Below, one piece after another: positions 35,505 to 46,691 of a stretch of DNA of 64,000 bases (the first letter of the stretch is position 1; each line of letters begins with the position of its first letter). The notes under the pieces were generated by a model. That model had not been told where the DNA came from and did not search any database. It was given only the letters and a program-made list of their open reading frames with translations. The position numbers were made by a program, and so were the translations under genes. Source of the DNA: an uncultured virus (IMG/VR IMGVR_UViG_3300028114_000011) (lineage: Duplodnaviria; Heunggongvirae; Uroviricota; Caudoviricetes). Where the stretch lies: IMG/VR virus record IMGVR_UViG_3300028114_000011, positions 1 to 64,000 of that record; one strand, written 5' to 3'.

Positions 35505-36110
35505 TTACCAAATTTTTTTTTCTTTCATATAACCAAGAACACAAGTGTAAGAATCCGCCATATCAAAACATTCTTTTTTCAAAGTGTTATTCTTTGTGTA
35601 ATGCCAAGTGATTTGAGGTTCTTTATCTGAAACTTTTTTCCAAATAATTTCTTTTTTATCTGCATCTTTTGGTAATCCACCAAACAATACAAATTTATCT
35701 TTGTCATTTTTTTGTATTAAATCAGGCCAAGCATATTTTCTTGAATTGTATGTTGAAATGTAGTTTGGAACAATACCCAAAATATCATAAATTGATTTTG
35801 TAATCATTGAATTATATCTTAAAAGTATCCCAACTGTCCATACATTGTTTGAATTTAATAATGGTTCCTCAATTACTACTTTAGTAATACCAAGGTTTCT
35901 GTAATTTTGAAGTTTTTCTTCAAATGAAACGACCTTTAATAATAACTCTTGGATTTTATCTTCAGGTTTAGGTTTTATCACTGGTGAAAAATGTGTTAAT
36001 TCTAATAACTCTTTTGATTGAATGTCAAATAAAGACCACCCGATTGTTCGAGTTGATATGTCTAAGCCAAGAACTTTTGGTGAGTTCTTCAAATCTGATT
36101 TTGTCCCCAT
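35505..36110 (-). CDS. RuvC-like Holliday junction resolvase
   Basis: VLGLDIS, VVIEEP, DMADS RNase H-fold acidic residues. Confidence 0.8.
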   Translation of the reverse strand: MGTKSDLKNSPKVLGLDISTRTIGWSLFDIQSKELLELTHFSPVIKPKPEDKIQELLLKVVSFEEKLQNYRNLGITKVVIEEPLLNSNNVWTVGILLRYNSMITKSIYDILGIVPNYISTYNSRKYAWPDLIQKNDKDKFVLFGGLPKDADKKEIIWKKVSDKEPQITWHYTKNNTLKKECFDMADSYTCVLGYMKEKKIW

Positions 36111-36116
36111 ATAAAA

Positions 36117-38330
36117 TTAAAAATCGTACTTAATAGGATACTGTTGGACACCTTGTCTTTTTTCAGGTGATTGTATCTTAGAAATAACCATAAGTTCTTT
36201 GTCTGCATTGTAAAGTGCAACTTCAGTAACATAAGGTGGTGTCGTACCATCCCAAGTTGGATTTGAAGAATCAAAGAATTGTGTTTGACCTAAATTACAT
36301 AAGAAGTTCATAACATATATAGTTGCTTGAATATCTGTTTCAATTGTACCAAAAAAGAAGAATTCACCACCAAAGTTTAATGTAACCCCCGTTTGATTTA
36401 ATACAGGTAATGTTATATAATCATTAAGGTCATATATTGGTGCAGTGTCATACATATTTTTTGTCAACTGTAAAGTTGTTCCAGTTAAACCTGTTACAGT
36501 TAGATAACCACCAACCGTTGTTGCTGATAACTGTGATGTGACATCAATTTCTCTCCATTGCGTTACATCAGGTCTTGTTGTTGCTGTTGTAACTTTTTGA
36601 GCCAATAACTTTATATCATTTGCCGTAAATCCTGATGGTAATCCAACTGAAGGTACTTGTAAAAATGGGAACTCATTACCAAACCTAACAAGGATGTCAG
36701 AAGCGCCCGGTAATAAACTTTGGTCGTTTCCTGTGATTGTTTGGTAGTAATTACAATGAAGTGAATTTGTAAATGCTGAGTTATTAAATCTATATGTTAA
36801 AAACAAAGTTTCAGTATTTCCTGTTAACAATCCTTGAGTTCCACCTAAAACGCCACTAAATGTATTTGGTGTTACTAAACCTAATTTAGGTGCCGGTAAA
36901 GTCCAACTTCTATTTGATTTGTAATTTAATGCTGCAACTATTTCATCATCATCAAAAACAATAATTTTTAAATCAGGAAAAACCTTACCAACTCTATTTG
37001 GGATACCATTTGAATTTGCGTGAGTGTCCCAAAGATGATAATATCTTAAACCAGGAGCATTAAAGTTTATACTTTTTCTTGACTCAATATAATGTGGAGT
37101 AAATAAATTTAAACTAGTAAAACCTGATGGGTCTGTATATAATACTTCACCAGTTGTACCACTTGGATTTTTATGCCACATTAACCACGGAATTGAAAGT
37201 TTGAAGTTTATTGCTTGACCTGTATTTCCCGGATTGTTTGCGTCAAAATCTTGCATTGCAAACTTTTCACCATAATAATTGTCTATTGCTTGATTTGTGT
37301 AATGTACAATCGCAATGGCCTTTTGTTCGGATGGTTTTAGAGTTATTTTTTCAGAAAATGAATTATAAAAATAAACTGAGTCAGTATCTGTTTGACCACT
37401 ATCGGAATAGTAACCCAAATATTCTTTAGAACCCGTATATCCTGTTGATGCGAATTGATTAAAGTCTTGGTTTACCGTATCAAAAATACCAGCCGGTGAT
37501 TCTGTCCACGGAATGTTCATATTCCAAACTTTAACATCATTTTGTGAAACATCACAATTAGTTTCAAAATTAAATACATTCGGATGCCAATAAGGTTCAG
37601 GTGTAAAAGAATCATAAATAACAGTCATACCTGATGGGTAAAAAACAACTCTTGAGTCACCAGTATAACCCATTCCACTAAAGTTTGGTAGTTGTCTATC
37701 AACTTGTATATTTACGGTTGTCGCAGTAGATGTGTCACCTGTTACTCCAACCACAACATAACTAAATATCGGCGCCGCTCCTGTAAATGGTTGTATGTTA
37801 TCCGTTCCAAATAAAAATAAAAACATTCCATTTGTAACTGTACCTGATACCGTTGGGTCAATACTTGAATATGTTAATGTTAATACATCTCCCGAGGTTA
37901 CCGCCGAATTTGAAACAATAAAATTTGGATTAATTGTATAGGCTGTTGAGGTGTATGCACTAAAAACAACGGGTGAGCCAGTTGACCCTGTGAAAAAACC
38001 ACGAGGAGCTGCACTATTAAAAACATTATCTATGTAAGACGCATCAAATGGAACACCTAAAGTACTTCCTGATGTTGAGTCCACAAATAACGGGTATTTA
38101 ACTTGCATTCTATTTTTTTCAGGAATTGGAGCTAAATTTTGTGCGTTGTATTGAGGCATTAAAACATTAAGTTGTACATAATCTGTATTACTTGTACAGT
38201 TATAACAAACTTCACTATCTCCTACCTCAAAATAAGAAATATCAAATTTACCTTGCGATATCTTTTTTCTTGCTGCGTCAGTGATTATGGTGTTAATTAA
38301 CGCTGAGGTATTTTTGATTATATATGACAT
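36117..38330 (-). CDS. Putative tail/baseplate structural protein
   Basis: 737 aa; N-terminal ITDAARKKISQG..ISYFEVGDSE and C-terminal YVTEVALYN..ELMVISK resemble tail-fibre-attachment/baseplate proteins. Confidence 0.65.
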   Translation of the reverse strand: MSYIIKNTSALINTIITDAARKKISQGKFDISYFEVGDSEVCYNCTSNTDYVQLNVLMPQYNAQNLAPIPEKNRMQVKYPLFVDSTSGSTLGVPFDASYIDNVFNSAAPRGFFTGSTGSPVVFSAYTSTAYTINPNFIVSNSAVTSGDVLTLTYSSIDPTVSGTVTNGMFLFLFGTDNIQPFTGAAPIFSYVVVGVTGDTSTATTVNIQVDRQLPNFSGMGYTGDSRVVFYPSGMTVIYDSFTPEPYWHPNVFNFETNCDVSQNDVKVWNMNIPWTESPAGIFDTVNQDFNQFASTGYTGSKEYLGYYSDSGQTDTDSVYFYNSFSEKITLKPSEQKAIAIVHYTNQAIDNYYGEKFAMQDFDANNPGNTGQAINFKLSIPWLMWHKNPSGTTGEVLYTDPSGFTSLNLFTPHYIESRKSINFNAPGLRYYHLWDTHANSNGIPNRVGKVFPDLKIIVFDDDEIVAALNYKSNRSWTLPAPKLGLVTPNTFSGVLGGTQGLLTGNTETLFLTYRFNNSAFTNSLHCNYYQTITGNDQSLLPGASDILVRFGNEFPFLQVPSVGLPSGFTANDIKLLAQKVTTATTRPDVTQWREIDVTSQLSATTVGGYLTVTGLTGTTLQLTKNMYDTAPIYDLNDYITLPVLNQTGVTLNFGGEFFFFGTIETDIQATIYVMNFLCNLGQTQFFDSSNPTWDGTTPPYVTEVALYNADKELMVISKIQSPEKRQGVQQYPIKYDF

Positions 38331-38362
38331 ATTTTATAAATATATTTTTTTATAAATTTATT

Positions 38363-39937
38363 TTAAGAAAAACCTATTTTTTGTAAAGGCATAGTTTTAG
38401 GTGAACCGTTAACACTTATACCACTACAGGTTGATGGTGTTATAGTAACATTTGTAATTGAAACTGAATCCAATATATACCCTTCTAATTGACATCCTCT
38501 AAATTCTATAGTTGGTGTGTTAATAAATTGGGTAATTGTTCCGTTTATAAGTCCACCTGAAGATATTGTCGCAGTATAAGTATTTGTGTAAGAACTAAAG
38601 TTTATATAAGATGAAGCACAAGAAGGTCTACTTAATCCTGTTGATGTGACAATTGAATTAACAGGTGAACTAAGTGTTGCACTACCAACAGTTGTTGCGG
38701 TTATTGAATTTGTAATTACAGGAACGTTTGATGCGAATGTTTTACCTGTAAATCCAACGGCAGTATTAATTGTAAAGTTTACAGTTTTACCAGCAGGTAA
38801 TGTAGGACTTACATTAATTTGATAGTACCAAGTTTTTGTTACGGTAGTCCCAACATTCACTTGATTAGCTAAAGGTGTCAAACTTAAATTTAAAACATAA
38901 TTAGTAAATGCACTTTGTGGTGTTAGAGTTACTGATTGTGTTGTAACAGTATTATTGGTATCTTTAATATGAACTGTATAATTTCCAGCAACTAAACCTA
39001 AAAAGACATTTGACGCTTGGTAATTAACCCCATTTATTGAATAAGTGTAAGAAGGGACCCCACCATATCCTGTCACATTTAACACTCCATTACTTGTATT
39101 TGAGCAAGTTGGTTGGGTTGTTACAACAGATAATGTAAGTGGTGGTGTTGTGCAAACTCCTGTACTAACTAATACGGTTCCTTGATAAGTCCCTAACAAT
39201 GACCAATTTCCTGTTGGTGGTGTTGTTGGTTGAAGTAGTGCGGGTACACCAGGATTAGTCCATCCACTTATTTCCCATCTTGTATTTCCTGTGTTGTAGT
39301 ACATTGTTGTTGTTGAACTTGTCCAAGATGGGTATCCATTAATTGTTGAACCGCTTGTGTATGTGGTTAGATATGTGTTGTTTAATGAAGGAGTATATTC
39401 AAAACATAAATTTTGTGGGTAAACCGGTGTAGGTACTGGTGGTGGTAAACAATCTGAACAAGTATCAAATGGCCCTGTAGAAATTACTGCAAAATTATTT
39501 ACATAGGATTGTCCCGTATAAAGTGTTTGACCACTATGTGTCCAACAACCCGTTTGTGTTGTTAAACTATAAACTTTACCATCAACAAACTTAGATGGTA
39601 AATCGGCAACATAATAAACAAAGTTTCCTGAATTTTGACAATCCTCAAATTGTTCCAAATAAAAACTATCATAGTCAACACTACAAGTTGTTCTTCCTGT
39701 AAAATCACCATAATAATCAATAACCGTTGCGGTATAATCACCAGGTAGTAAGTTTGTTATTAAAGAACCTTGAGCTCCGTTGCTCCAAGAAATATTATAT
39801 GGTGGTGTTCCTCCTGTAACATAAAGAGTTATAAGACCATTTGTAGAATCAGGTGTTGACGCATTAATACTATCACAATCTAACCCCAATGGTAGAAGTG
39901 TTATTATATTACAACTATTTCCACTTAAAAGTCCCAT
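38363..39937 (-). CDS. SprB-repeat structural protein
   Basis: GGTPPYNISWSNG...NLLPGDYTATVID and GGVPSYTYSING...GLVAGNYTVHIKD. Confidence 0.7.
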   Translation of the reverse strand: MGLLSGNSCNIITLLPLGLDCDSINASTPDSTNGLITLYVTGGTPPYNISWSNGAQGSLITNLLPGDYTATVIDYYGDFTGRTTCSVDYDSFYLEQFEDCQNSGNFVYYVADLPSKFVDGKVYSLTTQTGCWTHSGQTLYTGQSYVNNFAVISTGPFDTCSDCLPPPVPTPVYPQNLCFEYTPSLNNTYLTTYTSGSTINGYPSWTSSTTTMYYNTGNTRWEISGWTNPGVPALLQPTTPPTGNWSLLGTYQGTVLVSTGVCTTPPLTLSVVTTQPTCSNTSNGVLNVTGYGGVPSYTYSINGVNYQASNVFLGLVAGNYTVHIKDTNNTVTTQSVTLTPQSAFTNYVLNLSLTPLANQVNVGTTVTKTWYYQINVSPTLPAGKTVNFTINTAVGFTGKTFASNVPVITNSITATTVGSATLSSPVNSIVTSTGLSRPSCASSYINFSSYTNTYTATISSGGLINGTITQFINTPTIEFRGCQLEGYILDSVSITNVTITPSTCSGISVNGSPKTMPLQKIGFS

Positions 39938-39938
39938 A

Positions 39939-41513
39939 TTACCAAGTTGCTCCGCTTATTCTTTTCCAACCTGTGTTGTCTTTATAGTAAAAATAACTAT
40001 TGTCCCATCGTAAAGAACCGGGTTCTCCTAATGTGTCTAAACTACTTGTTGGTGTACCTGAATAAGCCAAAACAATGTTTGGAACATATACTGTATTTGA
40101 TAATGTTGCAGTAATACCAGTCCCTCCTAAAATAACTGAACGAAATGTATTTACCGTATTTCCTGAACCACCAATAATTGCAGAATCATAAACTGGAGCT
40201 GAAGGTCCAGAACCCGTGATGGTATTATATTTTCCTCCTAAAATTGTTGAGTTATCCGTATCACCACTCTGAATTAAATTAGAAATACCTCCTAATATCG
40301 CACCTTGTGAATTATTAATTGTAGATTGTTTACTATAAACAAAAGATAATTCCCCGTTATTTATGTTGTCATTTCCCCCCGCAAAAGCTTTGTCTGAGTT
40401 AATTTGATTTGCTACCCCAATAATAAATGAATTATTCCCTTCTATTTTGTTAGAGTCCCCAAAAGAAACTGAACTTGTTCCGACCACATAATTATTATTA
40501 TTAAAAACACAAGAATTGATGCCAAATACGGTGTTGGATTTTCCTTGTGCAAAAGTAGATTTACTTAATGCGTTATTAGTTTCATTTATAGCCATTGAAA
40601 AATCTCCCAAGGCTGCAGCACTGCTACCTTTAGCGTTAGAAATGAATCCACCAACGTTTTGGTTACCATTCCAAGTAGAAACAGGCGCAGTATTTCCAAC
40701 AACCGCAAATGAACTAGTACTTGTTGAAATATCGTACAAATAAATTATTGTTTGACTTCCGTTAAAAGTTGCTCCTGATACTTTTCTATAGGTTTCAGTT
40801 AAAGTATTTGCATATGACACATCATTTATATACACATAATCATCTGAAGTATATTCTGTTGTGATGTCACCATAAGAACTTGAAAGGTAAATAACTCCAG
40901 CAGTCAATCCTGTTGCTAAATATCCTTTGTTTGTACCGGCCAAAGTTCTATAACCTTCAGCGTGTGAATAAGTACCTATTGCAATTGTAGTCTTACCTTC
41001 AGCGTGAGATGCATTTCCAAATGCAAGTGTGTTTTCACCTTCAGCGTGTGAAGTAATTCCTGACGCGATTGTACCTGAACCTTCAGCGTGTGTGTAATTA
41101 CTTAACGCTTGTGTATTATTACCAAACGCAAAAGATAAAGTCCCTTGAGCATCAGAACCTGTGGATTGAACTCTATTATGTACTGTTATTTCGTTTGAAC
41201 AAGCATGAATATTTTCAGTGTAAAAACTTGTAATACAATTTCCCGAACCACCTGTAAATGGTGTTGTAAGACCTGAAACGGTAAAAGTTCCGCCAGTACT
41301 ATTGGTAAAAGTTAATGTACCTCCTGAAGAAACTGCAGTTCCACCTGTTAAATATACATCAGGTGAACCCCCAAATAAAGGTACCAACTGACTTAGTGAT
41401 GCTTTATATGATGAACCACTAGCACTTTGTGATGTATCACCTGTTATTACAATATGTATAAGGTCATTAAGTGAAGCCCCTGTGGCGAATGTCCTTGATG
41501 TTAAAGTTGCCAT
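39939..41513 (-). CDS. Putative tail fibre with YadA-head-like beta-roll repeats
   Basis: 14-aa periodic SHAEG repeats and GGxxN repeats. Confidence 0.7.
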   Translation of the reverse strand: MATLTSRTFATGASLNDLIHIVITGDTSQSASGSSYKASLSQLVPLFGGSPDVYLTGGTAVSSGGTLTFTNSTGGTFTVSGLTTPFTGGSGNCITSFYTENIHACSNEITVHNRVQSTGSDAQGTLSFAFGNNTQALSNYTHAEGSGTIASGITSHAEGENTLAFGNASHAEGKTTIAIGTYSHAEGYRTLAGTNKGYLATGLTAGVIYLSSSYGDITTEYTSDDYVYINDVSYANTLTETYRKVSGATFNGSQTIIYLYDISTSTSSFAVVGNTAPVSTWNGNQNVGGFISNAKGSSAAALGDFSMAINETNNALSKSTFAQGKSNTVFGINSCVFNNNNYVVGTSSVSFGDSNKIEGNNSFIIGVANQINSDKAFAGGNDNINNGELSFVYSKQSTINNSQGAILGGISNLIQSGDTDNSTILGGKYNTITGSGPSAPVYDSAIIGGSGNTVNTFRSVILGGTGITATLSNTVYVPNIVLAYSGTPTSSLDTLGEPGSLRWDNSYFYYKDNTGWKRISGATW

Positions 41514-41537
41514 TTTTTATTTTATATATATCATAGT

Positions 41538-41828
41538 TTATTGAAAGTCGTATGGTATTCCGTCTTGGAATTCAAAACATATTAAATTTTCAAATTGTTT
41601 ATATGTGCAAAAACTATCTGAACAGAATTCACATCCATTTGCATCTATTATTTTAATAACATAACTGTTCATTGATTCAAAGGAAACAGGTAAGGTAAAT
41701 GAATATGGTACGGTAGTAATTGTTGCAATATATTGACAAGTACCATATATACCACATTCATCGCAAACCCACACGTCGTATGGACTTGTTCCTGATATAA
41801 TTGTGTTAAGTGTTACTATTGTTGCCAT
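41538..41828 (-). CDS. Small Cys-containing structural-module protein (paralog 1)
   Basis: SGTSPYDVWVCD...C...IKIIDANGC. Confidence 0.65.
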   Translation of the reverse strand: MATIVTLNTIISGTSPYDVWVCDECGIYGTCQYIATITTVPYSFTLPVSFESMNSYVIKIIDANGCEFCSDSFCTYKQFENLICFEFQDGIPYDFQ

Positions 41829-41830
41829 TT

Positions 41831-43441
41831 TTAACAAACTCCATTAACTGTGCAGAACTCAGTGATTACACCACTATTATCAACACTATAAATTTTATTT
41901 CCGTATCTTATATAATCAATCGTCAAAGGATATAATAATGATGAATTACTATAAACTGTAACACCTGTTTGTATTTGATTAATTGAAGGGTGGGTATAGA
42001 ATATTGTTTGAACTCCAAAGTTTGTTAATTGACATCCTGGACAATTAACTGAATATGCACCATTACCTATCCAAGTATTAAATGTACCAACGAGTGGTTC
42101 AACTTGTAAACATTCTGTGCAGTCAACATATGTTGTTGCTGTTGTCGCCGTAAATCTATCTTCATTTACCACAATATAACCTGAAGGTGGAACATAATTT
42201 ATAAAGTATCCTACATAACTATAACAATTTCCGGAATAATCCCTAATTACTTCTCCTGGGTCTAGATTTGTTGGTGGATATGCTGTTTGTGTAATCATAG
42301 ATGTTGTCGTACAAGATGTGAACACAAAGTAAGTACCAGGGGCATATGTTGGTGTAGGTGTCGGCGTAGGTGTAGGTGTCGGAGTTGGTGTCGGAGTTGG
42401 TGTAGGTGTCGGAGTTGGCGCTGGACAAACAGTACATCCTGTGTACGCTGAAACAACAAGTTTAACTGTCGCGTTTGGACTAGCAGTTGTATCTTGTATG
42501 TAAGTTGCACATTTTAATTGGTCGTTAATGACACCCAAGAACGTCTGACCTGTTGTTATTGGTGTTCCTGATATATCTAAAGAACCTGAAACATAATAAG
42601 TGACGTTTTCATTACAATCTCTTAACTCTTTAACTCTAAAACATACAAAGTTTCCATCATCAATTGTAAATGTTACAGTTTCACCCGTTAAATTAATTGT
42701 TGGTGTCGGTGTTGGAGTTGGTGTAGGAGTTGGAGTTGGTGTAGGAGTTGTTCCACTAACTGTAATATCAACGGTAAACCCTGAACATATATCGGGTGTT
42801 GGTGATGGTGTCGGAGTTGGTGTGGGTGTTGGAGTTGGTGTGGGTGTTGGAGTTGGGGTTGGTGATACACATAACACATCAACTTCAAAATCAAATATAT
42901 CACAAACAGGTGTTGGTGTTGGCGTTGGAGTAACACAAGAACCTGCGTAAAATAAATCCGTATATAAATTTGGACAAGTTGATAATGTTGGGTCTTGTCC
43001 AAAGAAATAACAACCTGTTCCAGGTGCTGTACCTAAACACCATTTTGTAGGTCCTTTATAAATGTATCCCGGTTGTGTTCCACCTGTAAAAAACGGTAAA
43101 GTATTATAACTTCCCGCCACAACATAACTACCACTATATGCTGAAAAATTTACATCGTTAATTTGAACACAATACACATTTGAACAACATTCTCCCGTTG
43201 CGCAAAATGATGATGAGCAACCTGATAGTTGTTGGGTGTATATTCCGTTAGGTACAATACTTGTTGCAGTGAATCCTGAAGTGAATGCAGATACTATAGT
43301 ATAACATCCATTAACAACAACACTATCATAAGTGACACTAAAAACTGTTGTAACAGCCGATGTTGCACCGGTCCAATTTGATTGGTCCGTATAATATTGT
43401 AATCCGGGATAACAACAACTTTGTAAGAGTATATTCGCCAT
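41831..43441 (-). CDS. Cys-rich putative virion protein with four (Pro-Thr)n tracts
   Basis: Tracts up to ~24 residues of TPTPTP between Cys-rich domains; TATTTAT upstream. Confidence 0.75.
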   Translation of the reverse strand: MANILLQSCCYPGLQYYTDQSNWTGATSAVTTVFSVTYDSVVVNGCYTIVSAFTSGFTATSIVPNGIYTQQLSGCSSSFCATGECCSNVYCVQINDVNFSAYSGSYVVAGSYNTLPFFTGGTQPGYIYKGPTKWCLGTAPGTGCYFFGQDPTLSTCPNLYTDLFYAGSCVTPTPTPTPVCDIFDFEVDVLCVSPTPTPTPTPTPTPTPTPTPSPTPDICSGFTVDITVSGTTPTPTPTPTPTPTPTPTINLTGETVTFTIDDGNFVCFRVKELRDCNENVTYYVSGSLDISGTPITTGQTFLGVINDQLKCATYIQDTTASPNATVKLVVSAYTGCTVCPAPTPTPTPTPTPTPTPTPTPTPTPTYAPGTYFVFTSCTTTSMITQTAYPPTNLDPGEVIRDYSGNCYSYVGYFINYVPPSGYIVVNEDRFTATTATTYVDCTECLQVEPLVGTFNTWIGNGAYSVNCPGCQLTNFGVQTIFYTHPSINQIQTGVTVYSNSSLLYPLTIDYIRYGNKIYSVDNSGVITEFCTVNGVC

Positions 43442-43486
43442 TAAAAAATTAACTTTATAATATAAATAAGCTTATGTTTATTTTAT

Positions 43487-44284
43487 TTACAACTCAAGGT
43501 CCGTTTCTTCAGGAAGATAGTTATAAAAGTGTTTATATGCGTGAATAAAAGCAACATCGGGCTGTTCTTCCATAGGTATTGACCAACCACTTTTATCCCA
43601 CCAATTTCCTTTATTTTTTGAATCGTATTCTGCCCAATCATTCCAAACACCACTTGTATAACCAAAAAATTGAAAAAGAAATGAAAGTGTCGCATCACAC
43701 CACTCGATTGGTCTTGAATCCAACTGATATATTTCACCCCAAGGAACCTCGTTTAAATTATTATATATTTCAATAAATTTTTTACGATTGAATATTGCCC
43801 CTCCACACGCACCATAACCTTCTAATGAGCCAATCTCACTCCAATAATGTCGTGATTCGTCTGTTATATTGAATTTGTTTTTCAAATATTTGTAAAGTTC
43901 AGGAGTATACATAGGTCCGTTTGCTCCCGCAATATCAAAAGTCGGTGGTTTTGTTATTTCACATTTACACCAAACATCATCTTCATAATGTATTACCCAA
44001 TCAACGTCTTTTAATGTTGTCACACAAGCATCATAAATTCTTTTTAACCAATCCAAAGGTCCATTTTCACCTAAAAAAACCCTACCCGAATGAGGATTAT
44101 TAATTCCTTGTTGTTCAATCCAAGTATAGTCACAATTAAATTTTTTTGCAACAGGCTCTAATAATTTAGAACCATCTTCATATAACGCAACTGGAATGTT
44201 TGGGTAAATTTTTCTTAACTGTTCTAGCGCTTTATAACAAGCAACAAGTTTATGCCCTGATTGATAAAATGCACCTATTTTCAT
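43487..44284 (-). CDS. Putative glycosyltransferase (GT-A fold)
   Basis: LYEDG, DWVIHYEDDVW (DxD-like), CGGAIF, WCDATLS and HAYK motifs. Confidence 0.6.
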   Translation of the reverse strand: MKIGAFYQSGHKLVACYKALEQLRKIYPNIPVALYEDGSKLLEPVAKKFNCDYTWIEQQGINNPHSGRVFLGENGPLDWLKRIYDACVTTLKDVDWVIHYEDDVWCKCEITKPPTFDIAGANGPMYTPELYKYLKNKFNITDESRHYWSEIGSLEGYGACGGAIFNRKKFIEIYNNLNEVPWGEIYQLDSRPIEWCDATLSFLFQFFGYTSGVWNDWAEYDSKNKGNWWDKSGWSIPMEEQPDVAFIHAYKHFYNYLPEETDLEL

Positions 44285-45522
44285 ATTTCACCTGTTATTT
44301 GTTTTATCCACCCATTTTCTTTATGGTGTAACCATATTGACCACGATTTAGCAGAATCATCAACCATAAAGGTTCTCTTAATTTGGACGTAGTCACTTTT
44401 AACACTATAACAAGTTTTTAATTCGTCTTCAGAGGCATCTTCTCTAAATATTTCACCACCAAATTCATCTAAAAATGAAACGGCCCAAAAATCATAATTA
44501 TCTTCAGGTGCTTCAATTCTTGGAACAACTATATTGTATGTGAATTTATTTAGTTTTGTTTCAAACCAATTTGAGTCGTCGTTAATTGGCGGGTCAGTCC
44601 CTTTTAATGTTTCGGGGTGTAATCTTCTTTTTTTAAAATCAATACCAGCATATAACTCATAATCCCTATGAGACCTTACATCACCTAAACCAAATTCCCC
44701 TAAATCAATATTATTATCTTCTTCTTGTAACATATGTCTTAATCTAACCAACCCTTCTGAATTGATTACATGCCATTCTTTTTCAATTAGACCACTTTTT
44801 ACATTTTCTTCATTAAAATCATCCCAATGTTTAGTTCTACCTATTCTTGTATATTCATGCCAAACAACTGTCTTATGGGGGTGGAATAAATCATAACCCA
44901 AAGTATAAGACCTAATAGATAGACTTATTTCATCACCTGCAAAATATATATTTGGGTCGTACTTGTACTCATCACAATGTTTACCTAATGTAAAAAAGAA
45001 ATGACCGCTTACAAATCTTGCAGGTATAGGTTTTTCTAATTTTTGCCAATTTGGTATTTGTTCAGGATAAAAGAAAATTGTTCCATACTCTGAAAACTTT
45101 CTTGCAACACACTTGTATGGTTCTTCGTTTAATAACTTATTAGTTTTTGGTTCATACATACCTGCGTATGCGGTAATTATTGGTTTTTCAACACCAGTTA
45201 ATTTCATCATTTCAATTAATTCTACATCCCAATCTTGTAAAAAACGGTGATGTGAGTCTAATTGCATTGTGTATTCTTCACCCTTCCATAGTTTTTGAAT
45301 AAGACTTCTAGCCCAACATAAACCTTTACTTTTGGTCCAGTGATAGTCCAAAATTGTGAACCTTTCGTCTTTTTGAAACTCTTCTAAGGATTCATTTTCG
45401 TCTCTTTGCCAACAAAGACCGAATGTTAGATTTTCAGGATATTTTGCTTTATTAATACAATCTCTAATTGTTGGTAAGAGTTCGGGGTCGCGATAAGATG
45501 CGATTTGAACAAATATTTTCAT
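44281..45522 (-). CDS. GT60-like polypeptide alpha-GlcNAc transferase
   Basis: IFVQIASYRDPEL, SKGLCWAR, YTMQLDSHHRF..WD, SGHFFF, YDP.IYF.GDEI.LS.R, VWHEY. Confidence 0.85.
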   Translation of the reverse strand: MKIFVQIASYRDPELLPTIRDCINKAKYPENLTFGLCWQRDENESLEEFQKDERFTILDYHWTKSKGLCWARSLIQKLWKGEEYTMQLDSHHRFLQDWDVELIEMMKLTGVEKPIITAYAGMYEPKTNKLLNEEPYKCVARKFSEYGTIFFYPEQIPNWQKLEKPIPARFVSGHFFFTLGKHCDEYKYDPNIYFAGDEISLSIRSYTLGYDLFHPHKTVVWHEYTRIGRTKHWDDFNEENVKSGLIEKEWHVINSEGLVRLRHMLQEEDNNIDLGEFGLGDVRSHRDYELYAGIDFKKRRLHPETLKGTDPPINDDSNWFETKLNKFTYNIVVPRIEAPEDNYDFWAVSFLDEFGGEIFREDASEDELKTCYSVKSDYVQIKRTFMVDDSAKSWSIWLHHKENGWIKQITGEI

Positions 45523-45570
45523 AAAGAAAAATTATCAAATAAAGTATACAAATAAACATTTTTTTAAAAA

Positions 45571-46377
45571 TTAATTCCACACTTGGATATAACCTAAATA
45601 AGATGTAAATGAGTTAGTTGTTCCTCCACTCATTATTAATTGAAAATCTCCTCCCGTAAAACCAGAAACCGTTACGGGGGTCGACGCATCTGAAAGTGCA
45701 TATCTTTTAAAATCACCATTATTGTCACACCATCCAATAGAATAACAACCGATTGCTGTACCACCACTAAAAACAATTTCACCAAATATTTCGGATGGAT
45801 GGTTATTTGCTTGGGCGGTAGACGCACCAAGGATAGTATAACTAATTAATGTGTCTGAACCAAATTTTGTAACCATTTCAATAGTAGGTGAGTTGTCCAA
45901 AGACCCCCATATACCCGTTACCCTAAAATGTATAATTTTTGAAATATAATTAACACTATCAGTAAAAAATTGAGTTGTAAAATTTTTTGAGCCAAAATTT
46001 GTTGCCCCACTAAATAAATCAGCACTTGACCCAACTCCATATGTAATAACATTATTTCTAGTATAAATAGTTCTCATTGCAACTCCACCCAAAATATCTG
46101 TATTCCCACTTATTGAGTTTAGTGATGGTGAAGTACCTGATGTTCCGTTTGTGCCGCTAGTTCCGTTTGTACCTGAAGTACCATTCGTACCACTTGACCC
46201 TGAGGAACCACTAGTCCCACTACTACCTGAAGTTCCAGCAATTGATGCTGTTATCGCACTAAAAGGTACCGCCTCAGTTCTACCACTTGTAATTGGTGTG
46301 TAATTAACAATAACTAATAATGAATTGGCGTATCCTGTGGTTGCTGCCGGTAAGGAGGATATTGGTAAATCTGGCAT
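45571..46377 (-). CDS. Putative fibre protein with G-T/S-S/N triplet repeats
   Basis: MPDLPISSLP N-terminus; GTSGSSGTSGSSGSSGTNGTSGTNG. Confidence 0.65.
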   Translation of the reverse strand: MPDLPISSLPAATTGYANSLLVIVNYTPITSGRTEAVPFSAITASIAGTSGSSGTSGSSGSSGTNGTSGTNGTSGTNGTSGTSPSLNSISGNTDILGGVAMRTIYTRNNVITYGVGSSADLFSGATNFGSKNFTTQFFTDSVNYISKIIHFRVTGIWGSLDNSPTIEMVTKFGSDTLISYTILGASTAQANNHPSEIFGEIVFSGGTAIGCYSIGWCDNNGDFKRYALSDASTPVTVSGFTGGDFQLIMSGGTTNSFTSYLGYIQVWN

Positions 46378-46400
46378 AGGTTTTTATAAATAAATATTTG

Positions 46401-46688
46401 TTATGTTATTTTGATTCTAAATCCATCTTCTTGTAATATATAAAAACCATCTTCTTGTAATAAATAACTTCCACAATCAATTTGTATTTCTCTTATACAC
46501 CCATCCGCAGTTATAACTTTAATATAAACAATGTCTTCATTTGGAAAAAAAACTGATGAATCTATTACGACATTTGGTGGGATAGAAGTGACCCCTGATA
46601 CATAAAAACAAGATACGTTTGTTGGGTCACATATATAAACATCATATGGACTTGTGCCACTTGTTACTCCAGTAATTTCTATTATCAT
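46401..46688 (-). CDS. Small Cys-containing structural-module protein (paralog 2)
   Basis: SGTSPYDVYICD...VITADGC; C-terminal LQEDG repeats. Confidence 0.65.
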   Translation of the reverse strand: MIIEITGVTSGTSPYDVYICDPTNVSCFYVSGVTSIPPNVVIDSSVFFPNEDIVYIKVITADGCIREIQIDCGSYLLQEDGFYILQEDGFRIKIT

Positions 46689-46691
46689 AAT

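Noticed and set aside
32679..36110. Cas4 or TnpB/Cas12 identity for the PD-(D/E)XK and RuvC-like genes
   Set aside because: No Fe-S cysteine cluster, Zn ribbon, array or transposon ends; size and replication-module context fit ordinary phage nucleases
42243..43002. Alternative-frame and antisense ORFs (GVGVGV, HQLRH)
   Set aside because: Shadows of the Pro-Thr repeat coding sequence
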